A stretch of 64,000 bases of DNA from an uncultured Desulfobacteraceae bacterium (GCA_903953895.1 CAJBLH010000162.1:939-64938); one strand, 5' to 3'. Positions 1 to 10,908 are shown, numbered from the stretch's first letter. Translations and numbers: made by a program. The notes: a model not told the origin generated them from the letters alone.

Positions 1-946
1 TGAGTTCGAACGCAGCGCGTCGGATGACGATTTTGCGGGCGCTCATTTCCAGAGGGGGAAGGGACTGCATGGGCATTCTGAATTCGCAACTGAAAGCCGG
101 GTTGTAAGGTTCGCCGAACGTTTGCCAATGGTTTTCAGGCTTGGACACGACAACACAGTCGACCATGATGCCAGGAACTTTGACGTTACGGGGATTGAGG
201 GTTCCACGCTCGGCAATCCTTTCGACCTGAACAATGACGACGCCATTGGAGTTTTTGACAGCCATGGCCACAGAAAGAGCCTCAAGGGTCATCGCCTCTT
301 TTTCCATGGTGACATTGCCATCTGTATCTGCTGTCGTGCCCCTGATAAAAGCGATATTCAGGGGGAACGCCTTGTAGAAGAGATAGTCTTTTCCATCGAC
401 GGTCATCAGTGAGACGATATCCGCACCCTGTGTTTTGGTAAGTTCGTTGAGCTTTCCGCCCTCGATCCTGGGATCGATAAATGTGCCAAGGCCCACATGT
501 GTCAGGTTCCCCGGCTTGCCGGCGGCGATGTCTCTGAAAAGTTGAACCAGGGGGCCCATGGGAATGTTGTAGGCAAGTATTTTATTGGCGTGGATCAAGT
601 TTCCGAACCCCGGGGTCAACCCCGTATGGCTGCAGATAATTCTTCCCACCAAACCTTCCAGTGCAAGATGATTCAGCCCTTTGTTCTTCCCGTCTCCCTG
701 GCCAGCCGGATAAACAAAGGTTAAGTTATTGGGGGTTCCGGTATGCAAAAACCGCTCTTTGAGAGCGATGGCAAGTTCCTCTGCAAAAGCTGCTCCCCCG
801 AACCCTTCCGTTACGACAGTATCGCCATCACGGATAAGACTGATCGCCTCTTCAGCAGTGACGATTTTTCCCTTCTTCATGCGTGTTGCGGTTCTCGGGT
901 CAATTATGGGGTGTTTGACCACTTTTGCGGGTGTACTCTCTGTCAT
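1..946 (-). CDS. Acyl-CoA:acetate/propionate CoA-transferase (family I, fused type); 5' part only, runs off the window
   Basis: Not in the ORF track. Manual translation from ATG at 946 (AAAGGA RBS) gives MTEST...KGKIVTAEEAISLIRDGDTVVTEGFGG...YPAGQGDG..KGLNHLA...THVGLGTFIDPRIEGGKLN...RGTTADTDGNVTMEKEA, typical of Pct/YdiF. Confidence 0.88.
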   Translation of the reverse strand, partial: MTESTPAKVVKHPIIDPRTATRMKKGKIVTAEEAISLIRDGDTVVTEGFGGAAFAEELAIALKERFLHTGTPNNLTFVYPAGQGDGKNKGLNHLALEGLVGRIICSHTGLTPGFGNLIHANKILAYNIPMGPLVQLFRDIAAGKPGNLTHVGLGTFIDPRIEGGKLNELTKTQGADIVSLMTVDGKDYLFYKAFPLNIAFIRGTTADTDGNVTMEKEAMTLEALSVAMAVKNSNGVVIVQVERIAERGTLNPRNVKVPGIMVDCVVVSKPENHWQTFGEPYNPAFSCEFRMPMQSLPPLEMSARKIVIRRAAFEL

Positions 947-1347
947 GATGCCGATCCTTTCTTCTTTCTGTAGGCTGTAAATCGAAAATTTCATCTATTG
1001 AGCGGTGACAAGCCCTGGCCCAAGCGCATTCATTATAAAATCACTGCATGACATCTGGCAACAGGTAATGGGGGGTATGGTCACAGATTTTTGGAATGCG
1101 AATCGAAAAAACCACATGGTCAAAGAGATAAAATGTTCCAGATGAAAAATTATCGTACAAAGTGAAAACGATGGGGAAAATATTTTCACGATAAATGCGT
1201 ATGAGCAATGGCTTGTTCACCTCTTAATCTGATTACTGATCGCTTTCTTTTTGCGGGAAAAAATGTATTTACTTGTTTTTGATATCCATGATATCGCGCA
1301 ATTAATTCATAATTTGTGTTGACCAGAGAAAATGCGGGCGGTTTCCA

Positions 1348-3192
1348 ATGAAAAAAATAGCCATAAGCGAATATCGCAAAGAATTTGAAGCGTTTATTGA
1401 ACAGGAAAGACATCTTGCCCTCATGATTTTTTTGCGGGTAGACAGATGGGGAAATTCAAAAACAGCCGTCAAGCATAAACCTTATGGGGAATGGATATCC
1501 TATACCTGGGCAGAGTTCGGCGAGCAGATCGATGCAGCCGCGATGGCGCTTCTTTCGATGGGCGTCAAGGAAAAGGAGATGGTCGGTATTTTTGCCGACA
1601 ACCGGGTGGAATGGTCCATTGCCGATCTGGCCGCGATGAGTATCGGGGCGGTGTCGGTTCCCATATATGGAACGAACTCAGCCAGGGAATCGCAGTACAT
1701 CGTTGAGGATGCACAAATCAGAATTCTGTTTTCCGGCAACCAACAACAATATGAAACGTCTTTGTCCCTCTTGGGAACAGCCGCTTATCTTGAGAATATC
1801 GTGGTTTTTGATCGGAATATCACCATTGCAAACAGCGATAAGGTGATGCATTTCGATGACTTTCTGGCGATGGGAAGGCACTCCGATCAGCAGGATGCCT
1901 TAAAGTCCGCCCGATCACAGCTCAGTGCCGATGACCTTGCCACCCTGATCTACACATCCGGTACGACCGGAGAACCCAAGGGAGCGATGCTGACCCACCG
2001 GAATATCCTTTCCATGGTGTTTGACCCGGATGAAAATTTGACCCTGGGTCCGGATGATGTCAGTCTTGCATTTCTGCCCCTTTCCCATGTCTTTGAGCGG
2101 GCCTGGACATATTTCACCCTGATGCGAAGCGGAGAGAATCACTACTGCCATGATACCAAGGCAATTCTGGAATTTCTGCGGGAATCCCGGCCCATGTACA
2201 TGTGCAGTGTTCCACGCATGTGGGAGAAAATTTATGCAAAGGTCAAGGAAGGCGTTCATACGGCTCCGACGGTTAAAAAAATCCTCTTTAACTGGGCGTT
2301 ATCTGTCGGCGGCCGCGTTGCAACTTCGGTAAGAGACCAAAAGCCCATCCCTGTATTACTATCCTTTCAGCACAAACTTGCAGAAAAACTGGTATTGGGA
2401 AAAATCCGTGCCATTTTTGGGGGGAGAAACAAGATTTTTAATTGTGGAGGATCGGCATTTTCAGCGGAAATAGCTGAATTTTTCTTTAATACCGGCGTAT
2501 TGTTGCTTCAAGGATATGGTCTGACCGAATGTTTTCCCATCTGCATCGCCAATGAAACACATAATAAGTTTGGCACCTGTGGTCCGGTGCTGCCGCTTGT
2601 GGATGTGCGGGTGTCTCCGGAAGGCGAAATTCAAGCCAGAGGCCCTGCTGTGATGCAGGGGTATTACAACAAGCCGGAACTGACCCAAGAGATGTTTACG
2701 GAAGATGGTTGGATCAAAACCGGTGATATCGGCACTGTCGATGCCGAAGGCTACCTGACCATCACCGACCGGATAAAAGATATGATGAAAACATCCGGCG
2801 GCAAATACATCGCCCCTCAACACATCGAAACCCTCTTGAAGGAAGATTTTTTTATGGATCAGGCGGCTGTCATCGGAGACGGCAGAAAATATGTCTCCGC
2901 CCTGATCGTACCGTCATTTGAGCCGTTGGAGAAATATGCAACTGAACAGGGCATCCCTTTTTCATCCCGGGACGCATTGCTGAAAAATCCCGAAATACTC
3001 AGTTTCTATCGTGAACGGATTGACTATCGGACGCGGCATCTGGGTCAGGTTGAAAAAGTGAAAAAATTTGCACTGCTGCCCCGTGAATTCAGTCAGGAGA
3101 AAAGAGAGCTTACGCCGACACAGAAAATTCGAAGAAAGGTCATCAATGATCATTTTAAGGATATCATCGAAACCATGTACCCGGATGGATGA
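1348..3192 (+). CDS. fadD: Long-chain fatty acid--CoA ligase (AMP-binding)
   Basis: YTSGTTGEPKG P-loop, GYGLTE, GWIKTGDIG and DRIKDMMKTSGGKYIAP motifs. Confidence 0.9.
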   Translation: MKKIAISEYRKEFEAFIEQERHLALMIFLRVDRWGNSKTAVKHKPYGEWISYTWAEFGEQIDAAAMALLSMGVKEKEMVGIFADNRVEWSIADLAAMSIGAVSVPIYGTNSARESQYIVEDAQIRILFSGNQQQYETSLSLLGTAAYLENIVVFDRNITIANSDKVMHFDDFLAMGRHSDQQDALKSARSQLSADDLATLIYTSGTTGEPKGAMLTHRNILSMVFDPDENLTLGPDDVSLAFLPLSHVFERAWTYFTLMRSGENHYCHDTKAILEFLRESRPMYMCSVPRMWEKIYAKVKEGVHTAPTVKKILFNWALSVGGRVATSVRDQKPIPVLLSFQHKLAEKLVLGKIRAIFGGRNKIFNCGGSAFSAEIAEFFFNTGVLLLQGYGLTECFPICIANETHNKFGTCGPVLPLVDVRVSPEGEIQARGPAVMQGYYNKPELTQEMFTEDGWIKTGDIGTVDAEGYLTITDRIKDMMKTSGGKYIAPQHIETLLKEDFFMDQAAVIGDGRKYVSALIVPSFEPLEKYATEQGIPFSSRDALLKNPEILSFYRERIDYRTRHLGQVEKVKKFALLPREFSQEKRELTPTQKIRRKVINDHFKDIIETMYPDG

Positions 3193-3620
3193 TACGGCGA
3201 ATGACGATGAAAAACGTATTCATATTTCCGGTACAGGTCAGGTTCCGGGATATTAGGCGGCAGGGGCCATGTAAACAATACCTTGTTTTTCACGTATTTT
3301 ACGGATGCCCGGTTGGCATTTTTCCAAAAAATAGCCAACTGCACGGATTTTTCCAATTTTCCCTTTATTTTATCATGGCCCATATCCGTTGCGATTATCT
3401 CAGGCCTGTGACGCTGAATACCCGACTCTTCCTTCAGATATGGGTAAAGGAAATCGGAGGCAAAAGTTTTAGACTGAGCTATCAACTGGTGGATGCGTCG
3501 GATGGGTCAACTGTTTATGCGGAAGGCGAGTCTGTTCAGATATGCTTTGATTATGCGGAAAACAGGTCCATCGCGGTTCCAGATGAACTGAAACAACAAT
3601 TGCAAACGTATCGATCGTAG
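3189..3620 (+). pseudogene. Hot-dog acyl-CoA thioesterase (YbgC/FadM family) with its active-site segment out of frame
   Basis: The ORF N-terminus (VQVRFRDI) and C-terminus (FIMAHIRCDYLRP...AEGESVQICFDY) are thioesterase-like. The conserved GHVNN..F..YF..AR segment is in the +1 frame at about 3256-3366. Confidence 0.7.
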
Positions 3621-3635
3621 CCATTTTTGCTCCGA

Positions 3636-5081
3636 TCATTCTGTTGAAAAATGGGTTACACGATTTCGTCCGCTTTTTTTCGATTGATACAACGCCTTGT
3701 CGGCCTTGTTTATACAGTCGATTGCGGTTTCATTCGAAGAATACCGGATTGTGGCCACTCCTAAACTGATTGTAACATAATTTGATGTTTGAGATGTTTT
3801 GTGTTCGATACAAAGACTTTCAACGCGGTGTCTTATCTTTTCAGCAACTACACCAGCCCCTCGTTTGTCTGTTTCCGGTAGAACACAAACGAATTCTTCT
3901 CCGCCGTAGCGGGCGCATAAATCAGCCGAACGGAATATCCCTGTCTGAATCATTTGAGCAACGTGCTTTAAACAATCGTCGCCTGAGACATGTCCATAAT
4001 AATCGTTGTAGTCTTTGAAATGATCAATATCCATCATTATCAGTGACAGTTCCCCGTTGGATCGCGAGAGCCTTTTATATTCAATCGCCAGCTTTTCATT
4101 AAAATATCTGCGGTTGAATATACCTGTCAGCCCATCGATATTGCTGAGTGATTCTAGTTTTCGATTAGCTTCTTGAAGGGCTTTCTCTGCGAGTTTCCGA
4201 TCATTGATATCGCTCATCACGAGGCGACTGACGGGAACATCGGCATCCTGCGCGATGGTGGCTACCAGATGCGCCCAGAATACAGTTCCGTCCATTTTCG
4301 CCATCCGCAGCTCGCATATCGGCAGTTCACCATTCTCAATAAGCTGTTTACAATGGCAGGAATAGATATCCTGGTCCGCATCGACGATAAACCGGGAAAT
4401 CGGCTGCTTGATCAGTGCATTCCGGGCCATGCCCAGCAGGGTCGCAGCAGTAAGATTGGCTTCCAGAATCAAGCCTTTTTCACAGATCGTGCAATAACCA
4501 ATCGGCGCCAGATCGTAAAGATCGAAATAGCGTGACTTCGTGGTTTCCAGTTTATCCTGCGTTACGCGGAGTTTTTCGTTTTGAGCTTCCAATTCAATCT
4601 GATTCTTCCGCAACTGCCATTCAACTTTCTTTTCCTGCTCCAGCACCTGTCGCAGTTTTTCATTTTTTTCCTGAAGTTCAAGAACCAGTGCGATGCGGTC
4701 TTTACGAACCAGATAATAGTTCATGGCATCCCGAAGCGCTTGTTTTAATTCTTCCGGCTTTGTCGGCTTGGTGATGTATCGATAAATTTCACCGGTGTTG
4801 ATGCAGTGCAGCAATTGATCGAATTGTAAATTGGCGCTCAATGCCATCCGAACCGTATCCGGATATATCTCCTTGACATGTCTGAGGAGGGTTGATCCGT
4901 CCATTTCGGGCATTTTCATGTCACTGATGATAATATGAATCGGCATTGCTGCCATTATACTCAATGCCTCGACGCCGCTACCGGCAAAACGCACCGCATA
5001 GTTCTCCCTGCCCATCAGACGTTTGATAGCGCTCAGTATGTCCGGTTCATCATCCACAAACAGTACATGGATATCGTTCAT
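3636..5081 (-). CDS. Diguanylate cyclase response regulator (REC-coiled coil-PAS-GGDEF)
   Basis: N-terminal REC (VDDE, SDMKMP), PAS (YDLAPIGY), DGLTG..NRR, DIDHFK, RSAD I-site and GGEEF. Confidence 0.92.
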   Translation of the reverse strand: MNDIHVLFVDDEPDILSAIKRLMGRENYAVRFAGSGVEALSIMAAMPIHIIISDMKMPEMDGSTLLRHVKEIYPDTVRMALSANLQFDQLLHCINTGEIYRYITKPTKPEELKQALRDAMNYYLVRKDRIALVLELQEKNEKLRQVLEQEKKVEWQLRKNQIELEAQNEKLRVTQDKLETTKSRYFDLYDLAPIGYCTICEKGLILEANLTAATLLGMARNALIKQPISRFIVDADQDIYSCHCKQLIENGELPICELRMAKMDGTVFWAHLVATIAQDADVPVSRLVMSDINDRKLAEKALQEANRKLESLSNIDGLTGIFNRRYFNEKLAIEYKRLSRSNGELSLIMMDIDHFKDYNDYYGHVSGDDCLKHVAQMIQTGIFRSADLCARYGGEEFVCVLPETDKRGAGVVAEKIRHRVESLCIEHKTSQTSNYVTISLGVATIRYSSNETAIDCINKADKALYQSKKSGRNRVTHFSTE

Positions 5082-5163
5082 TGTTTAAACTTCCCTCGCC
5101 TGTATTTCGGCCTATACCATCGATTCCTGTTGAATACACCCAGGTTATCGTTTCGAGCGGCCC

Positions 5164-5232
5164 CCTCTTGGCCCTCCCTGGCTGTGGGAGGAGCAAGATA
5201 TATCTCTCTCTCCCAGCCAGGGAGGGTCGAGG
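5164..5232. repeat. REP-like palindrome doublet (CCCTCCC-n-GGGAGGG family)
   Basis: Perfect 13-bp inverted repeat ccctccctggctg (5172-5184) / cagccagggaggg (5214-5226); each arm is itself palindromic. Confidence 0.65.
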
Positions 5233-5263
5233 AGTATGATCAAAACGATGAACAAGATCGGTT

Positions 5264-7822
5264 TCATGACGATGCCCAGGTAATCAGCCCAGGTGTATAT
5301 TTGATCCATTGGTCTCCCCGTGGTGTTACCCTGACCGTGTAGGCAAATTGTCCGGAAACTTTGCAGATCGTGCTGCAAGCATACTGGTAGTGGTTGTATC
5401 CCCGATCATGACTTACGGACATGGTTTCGGTCTGTATATCTTCTATCGATTCAGCATGTTTTTGAATTCCCAGACATAGCTCCACATCCACTTCAGAAGG
5501 ACCGAGTACGCCGAGATTCACTGCAATCGTCACGCTGAAAGAATCTCCGACCCGATAAAATTTTTGGGGATTGACAACGATCGGCGGATTGAGATGAATC
5601 TGATTCCAGTGCAAGGCCAGTCGCTGGTGCTGATCTGCCAGATGTGCGGCTTCCGCAGCCTGATTGGATGAAAGTTCCCGAAACCGGAAGGCTCCCGGAG
5701 AATAAAACCGATCCTGGTAGTCGCCAACCATGCGCTGACTGCTGAACCGGTGCATGGCCATTTTCATGGAAGCCTTCATCATGCGGACCCAGCCTACCGG
5801 AACGCCGCTCTTGCTTCTGTCGTAAAAACAGGGAATGACTTCATTTTCCAGAACATTATAGAGAGATTGGCTGTCCATCCGATCCTGATAATCCGGATCT
5901 GCAAAATCGGTACTGTCTCCAATCTTCCAGCCGCAGTCATTCGAATATCCCTCTTCCCACCAGCCATCCAGAATACTGAGATTCAGCACACCGTTAATCG
6001 CCGCCTTGATACCGGATGTACCACAGGCTTCAAAAGGTCTTCGCGGGGTATTGAGCCAGACATCCGCCCCCTGAACCAGGTGATGGGCGATATGCATATC
6101 ATAATCTTCCAGAAATATGATCCGGTGCTGCACGCTGGGTCTACGGGAAAATTCGATAATGCGTTTGATGAGATCCTTGCCTTCAGTATCCCGGGGATGC
6201 GCCTTACCGGAAAAAATAAACTGGACGGGATAAGTATCGGAATTCAAAATGGCTTCCAACCGCTCAGGCTCCTGAAGGATCAGGTAGGCGCGTTTGTATG
6301 AGGCGAAACGTCTGGCAAAGGCAATGGTCAGAACATTTTGATTCAGCACGGATTCGGCATCTTTGATTTTATCGGCAGGGGCATGACGATGCAGATACTT
6401 TTTGATCAGCATCTCCCGGCAGGTGCGGATCAGCCTGGATCGATTCATATCGTGGGCCCGCCAGAGTTCTTCATCATGAATCTGATCGAACCGCTTGGTG
6501 ATATCCGCATGCTGGGTATCCCTGTGCCAGTCGGGACCGATATAGCGCTCGAAAAGCAGAGCATTTTCATGGGATATCCAGGTACGGATGTGAACCCCGT
6601 TCGTAACATGCGTGATCGGAATCTCATTTTCGAAAACCCGGGGCCAGATATGCGTCCACATCCGACGGGCTACTTTCCCGTGTAGCTTGCTGACCCCGTT
6701 GCAATACTGGGACATACGCTGGCTCAGTACAAACATGGAAAAAGGCTGGTCGGACGTGGCCGAAATGGTCTGACCCCATGAGAGCATTTCATCGAGTGAC
6801 GTCTGAAGTGTTTCCTGAAATGGCAGGAGATAGGGTTTTACCTGAAACGGCGAAAATTCCTCATGACCGGCGGCAACCGGTGTATGTGTTGTAAAAACCG
6901 TTGTTCGGGGAACAATCTCAAGGGCTGTCTTGATATCGATTTTTAGACCGGACATAAACAGGGCCAGGCGCTCTATACTGGCAAATGCACAATGTCCTTC
7001 ATTCAAGTGGCAGATGGTCGGAAATATCCCCAATGCAGTCAAGGCCCGCATCCCCCCGATACCTAACAGTATTTCCTGTGCGAGCCGTTTTTTGGGGTCA
7101 CCGGTATATAGACTTGAAGTGATATCCCGGATTTCCGGAGGATTGTTCCGAATATTGGTATCCAGAAGATATAGAGAAATTCGGCCGATATTGAGCTTCC
7201 ATACCATAGCATGAATGACCCCTTCGGGACCGGTAACCGATATCCGGACTTCTTTTCCTTCGGGGTCCAGGGCCTGTTCAAGGGGAATGGCGTACATATC
7301 GGTTCTGTGGTAAACTTCCTGCTGATAACCGTTATAATCCAGGAACTGCTGAAAATAACCCTGCCGGTAATACAGCCCGACCCCTGTCAGCGGAATCCGC
7401 ATATCGGAGGCGGATTTCAGATGATCTCCAGCCAGAATACCCAGCCCGCCGGCGAACAGCGGAAGGTTTTCGTGAATGCCGAATTCCATCGAAAAATAGG
7501 CGATTGTTCCCCGGTTTCCAAAAACAGAAAATGATGGATGCATCGGTGCTTGGATCATGGACTCGAAACGTGCCTGGACCTGCTGTTGAATTGCCAGAAA
7601 ACTGGGATCTCGAGCTAATTCCTGAAGTCGCTCCGGAGAAACCATGGTTGAAAGAACAATGGGGTTTCTGTTGGATTCACGCCAGAGCTGGGGATCGATA
7701 TGGCGAAACAGTTCAACGGCGTCGCGCTGCCAGCTCCACCAGAGATTTCTGGATAATTTTTCCAGAAACAGTAACTGTTTGGGAATGTTCGGAAAAACAT
7801 GCACAGTCTGAAATTGGGCCAT
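5264..7822 (-). CDS. glgP: Alpha-glucan (glycogen) phosphorylase
   Basis: YFSMEFG, GGLGILAGD, HLNEGH, FTTHTP, TNGVH, RRFASYKR, GKAHP and the PLP-lysine motif EACGTSGIK. Confidence 0.95.
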   Translation of the reverse strand: MAQFQTVHVFPNIPKQLLFLEKLSRNLWWSWQRDAVELFRHIDPQLWRESNRNPIVLSTMVSPERLQELARDPSFLAIQQQVQARFESMIQAPMHPSFSVFGNRGTIAYFSMEFGIHENLPLFAGGLGILAGDHLKSASDMRIPLTGVGLYYRQGYFQQFLDYNGYQQEVYHRTDMYAIPLEQALDPEGKEVRISVTGPEGVIHAMVWKLNIGRISLYLLDTNIRNNPPEIRDITSSLYTGDPKKRLAQEILLGIGGMRALTALGIFPTICHLNEGHCAFASIERLALFMSGLKIDIKTALEIVPRTTVFTTHTPVAAGHEEFSPFQVKPYLLPFQETLQTSLDEMLSWGQTISATSDQPFSMFVLSQRMSQYCNGVSKLHGKVARRMWTHIWPRVFENEIPITHVTNGVHIRTWISHENALLFERYIGPDWHRDTQHADITKRFDQIHDEELWRAHDMNRSRLIRTCREMLIKKYLHRHAPADKIKDAESVLNQNVLTIAFARRFASYKRAYLILQEPERLEAILNSDTYPVQFIFSGKAHPRDTEGKDLIKRIIEFSRRPSVQHRIIFLEDYDMHIAHHLVQGADVWLNTPRRPFEACGTSGIKAAINGVLNLSILDGWWEEGYSNDCGWKIGDSTDFADPDYQDRMDSQSLYNVLENEVIPCFYDRSKSGVPVGWVRMMKASMKMAMHRFSSQRMVGDYQDRFYSPGAFRFRELSSNQAAEAAHLADQHQRLALHWNQIHLNPPIVVNPQKFYRVGDSFSVTIAVNLGVLGPSEVDVELCLGIQKHAESIEDIQTETMSVSHDRGYNHYQYACSTICKVSGQFAYTVRVTPRGDQWIKYTPGLITWASS

Positions 7823-7867
7823 AATCAGTCCTAAAGATTATTAACGTCTTTGTTCATTTTATTGGTT

Positions 7868-10450
7868 TCATACACCTGTATGTCTTGCAGCAGCCTCATC
7901 CAGCACATTTCTGAGCATTGCCGCCAGATCACCCATTGCCACGGGTTTCATGAGAAACCCTTTTACGCCGATACCCCTGGCCCGCGCTTCATCTTTTTCA
8001 TCACTGAAACCCGTACAAATGATGATCGAAATCCCCGGCCGGATCGATATCAATTCCGCGGCCAATTGATCTCCGGTCATATTCGGCATCCCCCTGTCGC
8101 TGATTACCAAATCAAAACGATCAGGGCCAGCTCTGAAAACAGCCAAAGCATCTGGACTGCTCGTACGAACCGTCACCTGATAGCCAAGTTTTTCGAGCAT
8201 CTTCTCAACCATAAACGCAATCGGCGATTCATCGTCGACCAGCAGAATTCGTTCGGAACCTGTCGGATATTTACCGGCGGCGGCAGCAACTTTCTTATCT
8301 CCGGCATCTTCAAGAAGGGGTAAAAACACATTAAATACAGTTCCCTTGCCAACCTCACTGTTGACCTGAATATCTCCACCGCATTCCTTGATGATGCCGT
8401 GTACCACGGAAAGCCCCAATCCCGTGCCTTTTCCCTGTTCTTTAGTGGTAAAATAGGGCTCAAAAATTCTATCGATCACTGTTTGATCGATTCCGATACC
8501 GGTGTCTGACACGGTAATGCATGCATATCGGCCGGATCGCATGGCATGGAAATGGAGTTCATCTTTTTCAAATATCACAGGTTTCAGTGCGATATCAATC
8601 GCACCGCCGGTTTGCTGAACGGCATGATAGGCGTTGGTGATCAGGTTCATCAAGACTTGATGCATTTGCGTGGGATCTGCGAAGATCATACCGCAATCGG
8701 ATGCGACATGGCAGGTGATTTCAATATTCTGCGGTATGGTTGCGCGGAGCAGTTTCAATACCTCTTTCAGAATGGGCTGAATTCGGAGCGGAAGTTTCTG
8801 GATGTTTGATTGACGGCTGAAAGCCAGTATCTGTTTGACAAGATCGCCGCCTCGCTGTGCAGATTTGTGAATCTGTTCAAGGCTTTCATATGCCGGATCT
8901 TTCGATGGCATTTCTTCTAAAAGCAACTCTGCAAGACCGCTGATCGGAAACAAAATATTGTTCAGATCATGAGCAATGCCGCCGGCAAGTGATCCAATCG
9001 CCTCCATTTTCTGTGCCTGCTGGAGCTGGGTTTCCAGTTTGGCTTTCTCCAATTCTGCCTGTTTTCGCTCGGAAATATCCCGTGCTGCAGATAATACCAC
9101 CGGTTCACCGTTCAAATCGAAGACCTGACTGGTGATTTCAACCGGAATACGACGGCCGTCTCTGGTCAACTGGGCGCTTTCCCAGAATACAAACTCACTG
9201 GATTGAGATTCCGCCATTCTCTGCTGAAGACTGTTTCCAGCCTCCGGAGCAAGGATGGCCATTGGCGTCATTTGGAGCAACTCGTCACGGCTGTATCCCA
9301 GTTGCCGGCAGGCGACATCGTTAACCTCGATGAAACGACCAGCCAGACTTTCTATCGGCCCATAATTGACGAACAGCCCATCGTTGATTCCATTGAAAAG
9401 CTGACGGAATTTTTTCTCACTGAACAGAATATTGTTTTCAGTGCGCTTTTGGTCTGTCACGTCCATCATAGTGATGATGAGATGCTTGCATCTGTTTTTG
9501 TCCATGTAGTCGGTCATATATTTTTCTATGAGACGATTTTCCCCATCGGCGCGAATGATGTTGAAATGATAATGATGCTGATAGTCTCTCCCATTCAGAA
9601 ATAACAAATAATTGTTCATTACGAAATCCGAAGACTCGGGGGCGACAAAATCGGTAAATCTGCCGCCGCCCAAAACCTGCTCTCGGGAATAACCGCTGAT
9701 TTCGAGCATTCTGTTGTTCACCCAGGTTATTCTGGCCGTTTCATCGATGATGCAGATGCCTTGATGGGAAAATTCCGATATTGCCCGAAATCGCTCTTCG
9801 CTTTCTTGCAGGCTGCGTTTGGAGTTTTGTTCCCCGGATAAGGCGATGCTGAGACCGTTCAGCATCGTCGCCGTGGTCAGGGTGACAAAAGAATTCAGCA
9901 GTAAAAAATTCACAGACATGACCAGCCATTTTTCAATGACATTATCGTATTGCATCATCCACTGGAGCCGGCCGTACGCCATGAAAACCGCAATGGACAA
10001 GAATATGAACGCATTCAGTACCAATGTCCAGAGGGCAGATTCAAAACCGATAATGACGCTGATGATGACCGATGCGCCGAACAGCCAGATATAACCGGCA
10101 CCCACTGGTCCCAGAAAAAGCAAAAGGAAGGCTCCGAGAATATACAAAACGATAGCAACGATGCCGGTCCGAACTTTTAAGGGCCAATCGCGACCTATAA
10201 TTATGATTGCGGAGGTAATATAGGCTGTTGAATCCAACAAAATGACATTCCATAACCCTTCCTGATACGCCACCCAAATTGACGGGATAAGCGCGAAGGG
10301 ACCCAATGCGGCAGCCAGAAAACAAATGATGAAAAGTATCCGTTCTCGCCAGAATGTCAGCGGATCACTGTCCCACACATAGGCGGGCAAGAATCGCCTT
10401 TCCAGTTTAGACCACCTGGCTTTTATTATTTCTACGGTGGTGATATGCAA
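7868..10450 (-). CDS. Membrane hybrid sensor histidine kinase (multi-TM, 2 PAS, HisKA, HATPase, REC)
   Basis: Hydrophobic N-terminus, LAGGIAHDLNN H-box, NLITNA, DTGIG, FEPYFTTK, GTGLGL and a C-terminal REC domain. Confidence 0.93.
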   Translation of the reverse strand: MHITTVEIIKARWSKLERRFLPAYVWDSDPLTFWRERILFIICFLAAALGPFALIPSIWVAYQEGLWNVILLDSTAYITSAIIIIGRDWPLKVRTGIVAIVLYILGAFLLLFLGPVGAGYIWLFGASVIISVIIGFESALWTLVLNAFIFLSIAVFMAYGRLQWMMQYDNVIEKWLVMSVNFLLLNSFVTLTTATMLNGLSIALSGEQNSKRSLQESEERFRAISEFSHQGICIIDETARITWVNNRMLEISGYSREQVLGGGRFTDFVAPESSDFVMNNYLLFLNGRDYQHHYHFNIIRADGENRLIEKYMTDYMDKNRCKHLIITMMDVTDQKRTENNILFSEKKFRQLFNGINDGLFVNYGPIESLAGRFIEVNDVACRQLGYSRDELLQMTPMAILAPEAGNSLQQRMAESQSSEFVFWESAQLTRDGRRIPVEITSQVFDLNGEPVVLSAARDISERKQAELEKAKLETQLQQAQKMEAIGSLAGGIAHDLNNILFPISGLAELLLEEMPSKDPAYESLEQIHKSAQRGGDLVKQILAFSRQSNIQKLPLRIQPILKEVLKLLRATIPQNIEITCHVASDCGMIFADPTQMHQVLMNLITNAYHAVQQTGGAIDIALKPVIFEKDELHFHAMRSGRYACITVSDTGIGIDQTVIDRIFEPYFTTKEQGKGTGLGLSVVHGIIKECGGDIQVNSEVGKGTVFNVFLPLLEDAGDKKVAAAAGKYPTGSERILLVDDESPIAFMVEKMLEKLGYQVTVRTSSPDALAVFRAGPDRFDLVISDRGMPNMTGDQLAAELISIRPGISIIICTGFSDEKDEARARGIGVKGFLMKPVAMGDLAAMLRNVLDEAAARHTGV

Positions 10451-10484
10451 TAGCTAACTCCTATGCGGCTGTAAGCAACTGGAT

Positions 10485-10760
10485 TCAGGCTGACCAGGCA
10501 CTGCTCAACCTAGCATCATGCGGGTAAATTCTATCGATGACGGTATCCACCAGAACAGTTATCATCCAGACAATCGCGCATCCGATGATAACACATTCCA
10601 GCCGTTCGAATGCAATCATGACGCGAGCGCCCTCATACACCGGAATCATGATGATGACAAAAGCCACCAGTGCCGATCGCACCGTTTTATATATCCGCTG
10701 GATTTTGCTGAGGATGATGGTTAAAAGTATGCAGAGACAGCACCTCTCAGATTTTGGCGC
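10485..10760 (-). pseudogene. 5'-truncated membrane-protein remnant (FUSC/aromatic-acid-exporter-like C-terminal half)
   Basis: The frame reads CILLTIILSK...RSALVAFVIIMIP...AFERLECVIIGCAIVWMITVL. There is no convincing start or RBS, and the N-terminal half is missing. Confidence 0.4.
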
Positions 10761-10892
10761 ATAGCTTCTTTAAAAAATGTTGGAATTGTTTCAACGGGAA
10801 TATCCGATAAAAGTATCATTTAATCAAGCAGGCATTTCCACTTCATAGCCGGATTTCATGTTTTATTTCACCCCAAAGATAAAAGTGGATCA

Positions 10893-10908
10893 TGGCATAA
10901 ATCATGCT
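10893..10908 (+). promoter_or_regulatory. Putative sigma54 (-24/-12) promoter
   Basis: TGGCATAAATCATGCT has GG-N10-GC spacing and lies about 300 bp upstream of the rod-like gene. Confidence 0.5.

Noticed and set aside
947..1347. Operator in the divergent CoA-transferase/fadD promoter region (e.g. gatatc-cat-gatatc)
   Set aside because: Short and low in information within AT-rich DNA; cannot be assigned to a regulator.
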